The notes beneath the pieces were generated by a model. That model was not told the DNA's origin. It made no database searches and worked only from the letters and a program-made list of their open reading frames with translations. The translations under genes and the position numbers were made by a program. 64,000 bases of DNA. It comes from Bacillota bacterium. Lineage in GTDB: Bacteria > Bacillota > JAAYKD01. Positions 1 to 8,747 of this stretch are shown piece after piece (position 1 is the first letter of the stretch; the number at the start of each line of letters is the position of its first letter). The stretch is taken from assembly GCA_963666425.2 (NCBI GenBank), contig OY762825.2, forward strand, positions 960,001 to 1,024,000, given 5' to 3'.

Positions 1-25
1 AACACTCCTTTGATCTGAATTCTCT

Positions 26-1480
26 TTATTCATTGCGCAAGACATTCATAACCGGCATCGCGGCAAGTTTTAACGCCGGCAATAAGCCAAAGATCAGGGA
101 TACCGCTCCGGTTGCAGCCCCAACCTGAGCAAAATCTTTCACTACGGACTGCAGAATGACGAAGAAGCCCTGATGATTTGTCATTTGATTGAGAGCCCCC
201 GGCAAACGGAAGATCAGGAAGCCGACACTGGCGCCTACTAAAGAGAGAATCAATGCTTCGGTTAAAGCCATGATCACAATATCTACCCGCTTGGCTCCGA
301 CTGATTTGAGAATTGCCATTTCGCGCTTGCGCTCGTTGATCATAATCAGCATATTGGCAGCCACTAGTAAGGCTGCGTTCAGCAGTACCAAACCCATCAT
401 GGGCAACCGCAGATCCAGGGCCATTCCTTCCTGCACTGTGTTCTGAGCCATTCCTGTTATCGTCTCGGCTGGTACCGCTTGGAATTTCTCAATCAATTGA
501 CGCCCCATGGCCATTTCTGCTTGATTGGGTACACTGACAAAACTAAAATTTGAAAAATTCTGTGCTAAATTGAGTACAATATCCTCCAGATAGGCCATAT
601 CATCAACCTGAATCGTTGCTTCGGCAGCAATGTATTCCACTCCCTTACCGGCTTGCTGCCAGATTTCCTGCCAGGTAGCGAGCGGCAGCTGTATTTCATT
701 CGTCCACCAATACAATTGTTCCGAATTGGTATTAATTTCACCCTGCCAAGTAACCGTTCGCGTCGGAACCGTAATTCTGCCGATCACCGTCACGGTCTTC
801 TGAATCGGATTGGCATAATCCAGAACGACAGCGCCGTTCTGATCTATTTTCAAGGTCGGTATTTCCAAATTGATCTTACTGCCCACTTCCGGTACTGCCA
901 TACCTTGCGGTAGGTCCTGCTTGGTGGAAATGACTGCAACCAATTCTCCGTCATCCTCCGGTATAAACCAGCGCCCATCATAGAGCAGCCTGGCCGGATT
1001 GTTCAAATCGTTTTCCTTGGCTAAATCACGTCCGCGCAACACCGATTCATAGCGATAATCTTTGCTCAGTACCGTAAAACCCGGCAGTCGATAAAGCGGA
1101 GAAACAGAGTTGACTCCTTTGCTCTCAGCCATCTGCCGCAAATCTTCCGCAGTAAAAACTGTTTGTTGATTGCTCTCTAAATAACCTTGCTGATAAATTT
1201 CAGGATGAAAAACCGCTAAATCAGTGAACGGGTTCTCCGTTGGCCGCGAAAAATTCCAGTAACTATCTCCCTCCGGCAATTCTCCTTGCACCTTTTGGGC
1301 ATAAACTACAATTTCCCCACCCAGTACTTCCCGAAAAGCGGCAAACGCTTCCTTGACATAACCCCGGCTTAAGCTGATGGTATAGGTCAAGAAAGCGGCA
1401 GCAACCGCCATGGAAACAACCGCTAAGATACTTCTGGCTAAATTGCGCCAGGCGTTCACAGCTCCTAATCGAAAAAACAT
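26..1480 (-). CDS. FtsX/MacB-type ABC transporter permease (A-type paralog)
   Basis: One N-terminal TM, large extracytoplasmic domain, C-terminal FtsX motif ERKREMAILKSVGA plus 3 TMs; clear paralog of 4168..5703. Confidence 0.85.
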   Translation of the reverse strand: MFFRLGAVNAWRNLARSILAVVSMAVAAAFLTYTISLSRGYVKEAFAAFREVLGGEIVVYAQKVQGELPEGDSYWNFSRPTENPFTDLAVFHPEIYQQGYLESNQQTVFTAEDLRQMAESKGVNSVSPLYRLPGFTVLSKDYRYESVLRGRDLAKENDLNNPARLLYDGRWFIPEDDGELVAVISTKQDLPQGMAVPEVGSKINLEIPTLKIDQNGAVVLDYANPIQKTVTVIGRITVPTRTVTWQGEINTNSEQLYWWTNEIQLPLATWQEIWQQAGKGVEYIAAEATIQVDDMAYLEDIVLNLAQNFSNFSFVSVPNQAEMAMGRQLIEKFQAVPAETITGMAQNTVQEGMALDLRLPMMGLVLLNAALLVAANMLIMINERKREMAILKSVGAKRVDIVIMALTEALILSLVGASVGFLIFRLPGALNQMTNHQGFFVILQSVVKDFAQVGAATGAVSLIFGLLPALKLAAMPVMNVLRNE

Positions 1481-1484
1481 CGAC

Positions 1485-2444
1485 TTAACCCCCGATAATT
1501 TTGGCTAACGTAGTAATCTCAATATTTCCGCCCGACAACAAACAGATCACCTTTTTCCCAGCCGTTGCCGTCTTGTGATATAAAACGGCAGCAAGAGAAG
1601 CAGCAGCGGACGGTTCACACCAGATTTTCGCCCGCTCAATGATCAATCGGGTCGCTTGGATAATTTCCGTTTCTTCCACTGTCACCAAATCATCCACATA
1701 AAGGCGGGATAATTCGTAGCCGAGCTGACCGGATTTTTTGGAGCGGATCCCATCGGCAACACTGGGCTGCCAATTGATGAGCTCTGTTGGTTTCCCCATC
1801 TGCCAAGCCAAGCGCAAGCGTGGACTCAGCGCTGGTTCGACTCCGATCACTTTAGCCTTACTGCCCGATTCTTTGATGGCTGTCGCCACACCGCCCAGCA
1901 AACCGCCGCCGCCGACAGGAACAAAGATAAAATCCGCTTCCGGCAGCTGCTGCATTAACTCTAAGCCAATGGTGCCTTGACCGGCTACGACTGCCGGATC
2001 ATCATAAGGATGAATCAAAGTCATCCCCTCTGCCGCCAGTTCATTCGCTTTGGCAAGACGTTCCGTCGTCGTAAAACCATGAAACAGCACACGTCCGCCA
2101 TAAGCTTCACAAGCATGCACTTTCGCTGGGGAAGCATCCTCCGGCATCACAATGACGGCCTTACTGCCCAGTTTCATCGCAGCATAAGCGACAGCGGTGC
2201 CGTGATTACCGGATGAGCCGGTTACGATACCGGCGGCCAGCTGCTCTGCATTCAATTGTGCCGCGCAGTTGTAGGCACCGCGCACCTTGAAAGAACCTGT
2301 CTTTTGCATATTTTCACATTTGAGCCAAATTTGCGCATCCGCCAGCTGGTTGATACTTTGATTGGTCAGCAGCGGCGTGGTATGGATCACACCGCACAGG
2401 CGGGCTTGGGCTTCCTGTATCATCTTTAAGTCAATCATCATCAT
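1485..2444 (-). CDS. PLP-dependent serine/threonine dehydratase family protein (no ACT domain)
   Basis: KCENMQKTGSFKVRGA PLP-lysine motif, SSGNHG, VGGGGL, EPSAA, LSGGN. Confidence 0.85.
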   Translation of the reverse strand: MMMIDLKMIQEAQARLCGVIHTTPLLTNQSINQLADAQIWLKCENMQKTGSFKVRGAYNCAAQLNAEQLAAGIVTGSSGNHGTAVAYAAMKLGSKAVIVMPEDASPAKVHACEAYGGRVLFHGFTTTERLAKANELAAEGMTLIHPYDDPAVVAGQGTIGLELMQQLPEADFIFVPVGGGGLLGGVATAIKESGSKAKVIGVEPALSPRLRLAWQMGKPTELINWQPSVADGIRSKKSGQLGYELSRLYVDDLVTVEETEIIQATRLIIERAKIWCEPSAAASLAAVLYHKTATAGKKVICLLSGGNIEITTLAKIIGG

Positions 2445-2600
2445 TACTCCTTATCATCGTTTGACAGTTGCCGCTTCGCAGCAAGCAAAGAGAAAATCAG
2501 AATTATATTCGCCCTTTTTTGGCAATCTTCCTTCTTATTTCGCCTCTTGTAATATTCTTCGATCAGACTTACCAAAAACTGCAGCAAATAGCTGACAATC

Positions 2601-4175
2601 CTACTTGAAATCTTGCTTTGCTGCTCTGGCGCGCCGCTCTCGCTGCAGCGCATTCAGCAGAATCTGATTGTTATAGGGGTAATGCGGCGCTTGCGGGTCA
2701 TCCGGTTTGATGGCATAAAAACCGTTTGCCGCTTGAAATGAATCGACGGTTCCGTCGCAGGGAGCCAGCCATTCCTGATAGCGAAAACCAAACAGACTGC
2801 TTTGCATTGCCACGACCTCGCCTTTTTTGACATGCTCACCCGGGTTTTTTAAAAGTGCAGAAACTACTTTCCCATCCGCCACCTCGAGGCGCAGCAAATG
2901 GACATTTTCTGCCTGCTCGCGCTCCAGAGCTTCCGGTGTCGGATTGCTCAAATGATCATAGTGACTGATCATCAGCGGAATGTCTCTGGCATAAAGCAAT
3001 TGATTTACCGTTGCCAAGCGAGCAACCAGAATTGGGTATAAGACCGAGAACAAGAAAACCAGCAAAGTCAGCAGGCCATTTTTAGCGATCAGCAAGCGCA
3101 GACGATCAGCCGGAAGACCGTCGAGTAAATCACTGACTTGCAGAAAAGCCAAGACGAGGCCGACGCCAATCAGAAAACCAAACAATCCCGCCAAAGCTTG
3201 TTCTAAAAATAAAACTGCCGTCAATTGCCAGTTGGAAATACCAATGGATTTACTGACTGCCAATTCCTGTTTGCGTTCCAAAAAAGTCATCAGACTGATG
3301 GTTAAAATACCGACAGCTAAAAACAGCAGCACCAGCAGCAGCAGCCATTGCCCCGGGCTCTGTATGGCTGAAATCAGAATCTCACTTTGCACCAGGGGCA
3401 GCTGCTGATAAACAAACGCCGCTCCGGGAAACATAACTTCCATGCGGTTCAGAAACAATTCATAATTACTCAACTTATCAAAACTCTTGCACAGCAGGAA
3501 TTCCCGATTCGCCTGCTTTTGTCCACTGAGAGCAGCCGCATCACTCTGCAGGATCAGCGGCATTTGCAAATCGTACTGTGTGGCAATGATCCCCTTGACG
3601 GTGAAATCCTGCGTTGTTTTGCTTTGGTAGGCGTTGAAAGCTGTGAGACGAATCGTATCGCCCAAAACGAGATCATATTTCGCCGCTATTGCTTGCGGCA
3701 GCAGCAAATCCCCGCTCCGGCTGAGGGATGCACCTGTAATTTGCGTTTCGTCATAAACAAAAATCTGCGTGTCGGGATCGATCCCTAACAGCTCCCACTC
3801 ACCGTATTGACTGCGGCCAGTAAAAGCCGTTGCCAGTTCATAGCGATCGATCGTAATATTGATACTGACTGATTGATTGCGGTTCATACCGGAGCTCGTT
3901 GTCAGCGAATAACTGCCAAGGGAATTGAAACCGCTTGTTTTCGGCGCTTGCTTCTCATCAAGAATTACCATGATATCGTAAGGTAAATGCAAGCTTTGCG
4001 TATCATTCTTACCGGCGGCAGCATTGGCTTGCAGCATACCGCCATAAAGAATCGTAATGCAGATGGATCCTGCCACCAGCAGAGTGACCAGTCCCAAACG
4101 CCAGCGCCAACGTTTCATATTTTTGAAGGTTAGGGCAAAAACAGTGATGACCTGCCGTCCATGCAGTTTATTCAT
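2601..4175 (-). CDS. FtsX/MacB-type permease (B-type) with C-terminal biotinyl/lipoyl-like domain
   Basis: ERKQELAVSKSIG FtsX motif; tail KNPGEHVKKGEVVA...APCDGTV; start moved to ATG 4175 (GGAGGTG RBS, ATGAATAA overlap with the upstream stop). Confidence 0.8.
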   Translation of the reverse strand: MNKLHGRQVITVFALTFKNMKRWRWRLGLVTLLVAGSICITILYGGMLQANAAAGKNDTQSLHLPYDIMVILDEKQAPKTSGFNSLGSYSLTTSSGMNRNQSVSINITIDRYELATAFTGRSQYGEWELLGIDPDTQIFVYDETQITGASLSRSGDLLLPQAIAAKYDLVLGDTIRLTAFNAYQSKTTQDFTVKGIIATQYDLQMPLILQSDAAALSGQKQANREFLLCKSFDKLSNYELFLNRMEVMFPGAAFVYQQLPLVQSEILISAIQSPGQWLLLLVLLFLAVGILTISLMTFLERKQELAVSKSIGISNWQLTAVLFLEQALAGLFGFLIGVGLVLAFLQVSDLLDGLPADRLRLLIAKNGLLTLLVFLFSVLYPILVARLATVNQLLYARDIPLMISHYDHLSNPTPEALEREQAENVHLLRLEVADGKVVSALLKNPGEHVKKGEVVAMQSSLFGFRYQEWLAPCDGTVDSFQAANGFYAIKPDDPQAPHYPYNNQILLNALQRERRARAAKQDFK

Positions 4176-5703
4176 TGCGCAGCACCTCCATGACCGAAAG
4201 TTTGGCATAATTACGTGCCGGAATAAAGCCAAACAGAACGGCAAGGCAGGAAGTTGCACACATCACGAGCAGGAAATCCTGCGCAAAAAGCAGCAGCACA
4301 GCAGCAAAAGTACTGGGGTTGGTCATTTGATTCAACAGGGATTGGATCCGAATAAAGAAAAAGCCCAGGCCGGATCCGATTGCCGTCACCAAAATGACTT
4401 CACCTAAGATCATCATAATAATATCCAGACGTTTGGCGCCGACCGCTTTGAGGATACCGATCTCTTTTTTACGTTCCGATACCAGAATCAGCGTATTGGC
4501 AGCGACCAATAATCCGGCATTGAGCAAAACCAAGAGGGTCAGGGGCAGGCGCAAATCGGCGGAAAGCACGGTTTGATTCAAGAGCGATGCCTTTGCTTTG
4601 ACGGCATCCTCGGCTAAACGCGGAATCACAGGTTCTAAACTCAAAGCCGACAGAACGCGATCCAGTTGATTCGGCATGCTGACAAAGCTGTACTGCGGGT
4701 ACTTTTGCTGTAGATCATAAACGATATCTTCAAGAAAAGACAAATCGTCCACTTGCAGCAGAAGCTCAGCCGGCTGAAAGGCTGCTCCTTTGGCAGCTTG
4801 CTGCCAAATCATTTGCCAGGTTTCCAAGGGCAGATAGATATCAGAATAATAAGCAAAAACCTTCTCGGTGATTAACCCACCGACGGGATCGCTGTAATCC
4901 ACCAAGCGGGTTACCACAGAGACGGTACCGACAATTTCAATTTCCCAACGGCTGCTGTTGCTGTAATCCGCCAGCCATTCTCCGTTTTGCCAAGAAAAGG
5001 CGGGTACTTCCACCGTGATGAAATCGCCGACCGCCGGCGGCTTGGTAAAAGCAGGTGTTTGCTGATTGGCCGAAACAACACAAACCAAGGACCCATTGTC
5101 TGTTTTCTGCAGCCAGCGTCCTGAACTCAGGTAAGTCTCCATGCTGTAAGCTTCGCTTTCCTCTGCCAGATCTCTCGCCTGCAGCGAGGAAGCGTAGGAT
5201 ATTTCCGGTCCGGTATAAGAACCATCCGCTAATCTGACCAAGAGATCCTGCGGCAAAGGAGTTGCTTGTTTCGCCGGATCGACTTGGGTGATTGTATCCG
5301 CAGGCATGCGATAGAGGGGCTGCAGACCGGTCAATTCTTCTTCCGCTGCCAGCGCAGTCAGATCCTGCTCACTGAAACGGCCTCCGCTTGCTCCGGTCGT
5401 CAAGTAACCGGTTGCAGCCATCTTGGGAAAGAGCAACGACAAATCCGTAAAAAAATCCAAAGCGCCCCATTGATATTGCCAATTTGTATTTTCATCCGGA
5501 ATTTCCGCTGTGATTTTATCGGCATAAACCACAATTTCACCGTTAAACATGCGGCGCAGGGGCTGTCCCGCTAAATTGCTGTAACCCCTGCCTAAACTGA
5601 TGACATAAGTAAAAAAAGCCGCCGCCAAAGCCATGGAAACCACCGCCAGGATACTTCGAGCCAAATTGCGCCAGGCATTCTGAATTCCCAATTTGAAAAA
5701 CAT
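4168..5703 (-). CDS. FtsX/MacB-type ABC transporter permease (A-type paralog)
   Basis: ERKKEIGILKAVGA motif; start MFFKLG at 5703 matches the paralog's MFFRLG and follows an AAAGGGGGAG RBS. Confidence 0.85.
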   Translation of the reverse strand: MFFKLGIQNAWRNLARSILAVVSMALAAAFFTYVISLGRGYSNLAGQPLRRMFNGEIVVYADKITAEIPDENTNWQYQWGALDFFTDLSLLFPKMAATGYLTTGASGGRFSEQDLTALAAEEELTGLQPLYRMPADTITQVDPAKQATPLPQDLLVRLADGSYTGPEISYASSLQARDLAEESEAYSMETYLSSGRWLQKTDNGSLVCVVSANQQTPAFTKPPAVGDFITVEVPAFSWQNGEWLADYSNSSRWEIEIVGTVSVVTRLVDYSDPVGGLITEKVFAYYSDIYLPLETWQMIWQQAAKGAAFQPAELLLQVDDLSFLEDIVYDLQQKYPQYSFVSMPNQLDRVLSALSLEPVIPRLAEDAVKAKASLLNQTVLSADLRLPLTLLVLLNAGLLVAANTLILVSERKKEIGILKAVGAKRLDIIMMILGEVILVTAIGSGLGFFFIRIQSLLNQMTNPSTFAAVLLLFAQDFLLVMCATSCLAVLFGFIPARNYAKLSVMEVLRNE

Positions 5704-5962
5704 GCGTGCTCCCCCTTTGTACCTCTTCTTCCTTTCCGATTGCCTATCGATTTTCCTTTCAGTCAAAGAAATTTAATAATTAATTCGTTATCAAACTATC
5801 TTCCTGCTGATCAGCCGCTCTGCCGGAGCTTCAATTTTACATTTGAAAATTCAGACTGAAAAAGGAATTTCTCACGAGGGAAGAGAATGTTAACTTCAAT
5901 AAGGTAGCAATTGCGCCCGAGTGCCGTCCTATTGAGCCGGCACTTTAATATTATCCGAAGGA

Positions 5963-8320
5963 GTGATGACCGTGTCCTTTCTACCCGAAGCAGAACCTCG
6001 CTTAAGCGGTAACGCCTTGAAAATTTTGGAAATGCGTTACTTGATACATGAAGGTGACAAATATGAAAAGCCCGCTCAATTGTTTTGGCGCGTCGCCCAG
6101 ACGATTGCACAGGCAGAAGCGTTTTACGGCAGTGATGACAGCGCCATTCAGGTCTGGGCGGAGACGTTTTATAAGCATATGTGCTCGATGTATTTTTTAC
6201 CGAATTCTCCCACCTTAATGAACGCCGGTCGTCCTTTGGGACAGTTGTCCGCCTGTTTTGTCTTACCGGTGGAAGACAGTATGGAAGGAATTTTCAGTGC
6301 CGTCGGCAACGCAGCACTCGTGCATAAATCCGGCGGTGGTACCGGTTTTGATTTTTCCCAATTGCGGCCAAAGAATGCTCTGGTCAAATCGACGGGCGGG
6401 GTAGCGTCCGGTCCGGTTGCTTTCTTGAAAGTATTCAATGCCGCCACCGAAGCGGTCAAACAGGGCGGCGTCCGCCGCGGCGCCAATATGGGGATTTTAC
6501 GGGTGGATCATCCGGATATCAGAGAATTTATCCACTGCAAAACCGACAATATGGATATTACCAATTTTAACCTTTCCATCGCCATTACCGATGATTTCAT
6601 GACCGCTTTACAAGAAAAGAAGGAGATCAGTTTAATCCACTACGGCAAAGAATACGAAAAAGTTGCTGCCGAAGAATTATGGCAGGAAATCATCCAATCC
6701 GCTTGGGGGAATGGTGAACCGGGTATCGTCTTCATCGATCGCATGAATGAACATAATCCGGTCGAACACATTGGGCGGATCAAAGCCACCAATCCCTGTG
6801 GTGAGCAGCCCTTACTGGACAACGAATCCTGCAATCTTGGTTCGATCAATCTGGCTTTGATGGTCAAATCGCGCGACGGACATACCGAAGTGGATTATGA
6901 TCTGCTGGCCGAAGTGATTCAAACCGGCGTCCGTTTCCTGGATGATGTCATCGATGTCAATAAATACCCCTTACCGCAGATTCGAGAAGCCAGCCTGCTG
7001 ACCCGTAAAATCGGTCTGGGTGTGATGGGCTTTGCCGATATGCTATTTCAATTAAAAATCGCTTACAACAGTCCGGAAGCGGTCAAGGTCGCAGAAGAAA
7101 TTATGACCTTTATCCAGGCCATCGCTCAGAGTACCTCTGCGGAATTAGCCAAGGAACGCGGCTGCTTCCCTGCCTGGAAAGGTTCCCGCTTTGAAAAGGA
7201 AGGCCGTCTGATGCGCAACGCCACTCTGACCACCGTTGCACCCACCGGTTCCATCTCCATGATTTCCGGCTGCAGTTCCGGTATCGAGCCTGCCTTTGCT
7301 TTAGCTTATGTCAAAACCGTCCTGGACGGAACTCAGTTATTGGAAGTTAATCCTTATTTCGCGGCGCACGCGCACAGAGAAGGTTTCTATAACAGCAGCC
7401 TAATGTCTGCTCTCAGCCAGACTGGACGTGTCGGTGATTTAGTCGATGTGCCGGAGGAAGCAAAAGCGATTTTCGTCACCGCGCAGGAGATTTCGCCGGA
7501 AGCGCATATTGCCATTCAGGCCGCGTTCCAAAAGCACATCGATAATGCTGTTTCTAAAACGATCAATTTCGCCAACAATGCCTCGGAAGAGGAGATTAAT
7601 CACGCTTACATGCTGGCCTATCAGAACGGCTGCAAAGGACTTACCGTCTACCGCGATGGTTCCCGCGATGTGCAGGTTTATACTGCAGGTACCAAAAAGC
7701 CAACGGAAACCGGCAAAGAAGCGCAAAAATCCTTCAATAACCCAGACCGCTTTACCACCCGTCCGCGTCCGGCTGTGACCAAAGGTGAAATCGAAAAATT
7801 CTCGATCGGCTGTGGTTCTCTGTTTGTGATGAGTTCCCGGGATGAGATCGGTTTGGCCGAAGTTTTCTGCGAAACCGGTAAATTCGGCGGCTGTGCTTCT
7901 CAATCGGAAGCAACCGGACGTCTGATCAGTTACTGCCTGCGTTTGGGGCGCTCTCCGGAAGAAATCGAAGTCATCGCCGGCAATATCATCGAGCAGCTGC
8001 GCGGCATCCGCTGTCCGGCCTGCATCCGCCGCCCGGGTATCACAGTCACTTCCTGCCCCGATGCAATCTCCCGCGCCTTGCTGCGTCAGTTCCCGAATCT
8101 ACAGAAGAACATGCATGCCAACACAGCGGCACCGACGCAATTCGATCAATTGCCGCTGCTGCACAGCAGCGGAGCCGATGAAGTTGTGACGGCGCAGACT
8201 GCCGGTATCATGCAATCGGCTTTACCGGTCAGCAATCCCTGTCCAGAATGCGGCCAGGAATTAATCCCAGGCAGCGGTTGTTATACTTGTTCTAATTGCG
8301 GTTATTCCAAATGCGGCTAA
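5963..8320 (+). CDS. nrdJ: Adenosylcobalamin-dependent (class II) ribonucleotide reductase with TSCPD domain and Zn-ribbon tail
   Basis: PNSPTLMN, SACF, TNPCGEQPL, APTGSIS, GCKGLTVYRDGSR, TSCPD, CPECG...CSNCGYSKCG; true start may be GTG 5972. Confidence 0.93.
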   Translation: MMTVSFLPEAEPRLSGNALKILEMRYLIHEGDKYEKPAQLFWRVAQTIAQAEAFYGSDDSAIQVWAETFYKHMCSMYFLPNSPTLMNAGRPLGQLSACFVLPVEDSMEGIFSAVGNAALVHKSGGGTGFDFSQLRPKNALVKSTGGVASGPVAFLKVFNAATEAVKQGGVRRGANMGILRVDHPDIREFIHCKTDNMDITNFNLSIAITDDFMTALQEKKEISLIHYGKEYEKVAAEELWQEIIQSAWGNGEPGIVFIDRMNEHNPVEHIGRIKATNPCGEQPLLDNESCNLGSINLALMVKSRDGHTEVDYDLLAEVIQTGVRFLDDVIDVNKYPLPQIREASLLTRKIGLGVMGFADMLFQLKIAYNSPEAVKVAEEIMTFIQAIAQSTSAELAKERGCFPAWKGSRFEKEGRLMRNATLTTVAPTGSISMISGCSSGIEPAFALAYVKTVLDGTQLLEVNPYFAAHAHREGFYNSSLMSALSQTGRVGDLVDVPEEAKAIFVTAQEISPEAHIAIQAAFQKHIDNAVSKTINFANNASEEEINHAYMLAYQNGCKGLTVYRDGSRDVQVYTAGTKKPTETGKEAQKSFNNPDRFTTRPRPAVTKGEIEKFSIGCGSLFVMSSRDEIGLAEVFCETGKFGGCASQSEATGRLISYCLRLGRSPEEIEVIAGNIIEQLRGIRCPACIRRPGITVTSCPDAISRALLRQFPNLQKNMHANTAAPTQFDQLPLLHSSGADEVVTAQTAGIMQSALPVSNPCPECGQELIPGSGCYTCSNCGYSKCG

Positions 8321-8398
8321 ACAGGCTGAGAAGATCAATTTAACCTGTTTATGAGGTAAGCACTAAGTTATCCAGGCAAACCCTACAGAAACCGATAC

Positions 8399-8427
8399 TG
8401 GACAAATCCGGATAGGGATGTTATACT
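8399..8427 (+). promoter_or_regulatory. SigA-type promoter for the riboswitch/permease operon
   Basis: TGGACA-17 bp-TATACT with extended TG, about 15 bp upstream of the aptamer. Confidence 0.7.
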
Positions 8428-8442
8428 CAGGAACATAAAAAA

Positions 8443-8610
8443 GTTGGTAGAGGCGCGGAGAGAAAAGTAACCGAAATGAGAAGGCATTCAATGACTTCGG
8501 TGAAAGGGTAAACCGCCGAAACTGTTTTCCGGCAGGAAAGCAGGTTGGGCTGCATGGAAATACCATGTAGACTCCTGAAAATACGTTGTATTTTCAGAGG
8601 AGCTATCGAT
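8443..8610 (+). promoter_or_regulatory. Lysine riboswitch (L-box) aptamer, predicted OFF switch
   Basis: GGTAGAGGCGC...AGTA...GAAAGG...CGCCGAA...TTGGG...AATA...ACT...GCTATC hallmarks; P1 GTTGGTAG/CTATCGAT. Confidence 0.88.
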
Positions 8611-8642
8611 TGTTAACTTTTTTCCGCACCGAAATGGGCATT

Positions 8643-8676
8643 AAAAAGTTGCATCGATACAGATGCAACTTTTTTT
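8643..8676 (+). terminator. Riboswitch-controlled intrinsic terminator
   Basis: AAAAAGTTGCATC-gataca-GATGCAACTTTTTTT; the 5' arm is complementary to 8604-8622 (antiterminator). Confidence 0.85.
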
Positions 8677-8747
8677 AATACCCATTTTTCTTTAGGCTCG
8701 GTTAATCTATCGGCCGATGCCTTGCGACTGCGAAAGGAGTTTTTCTC

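Noticed and set aside
5704-5962. Cobalamin riboswitch or NrdR box upstream of nrdJ
   Set aside because: No B12-box consensus and no convincing NrdR palindrome
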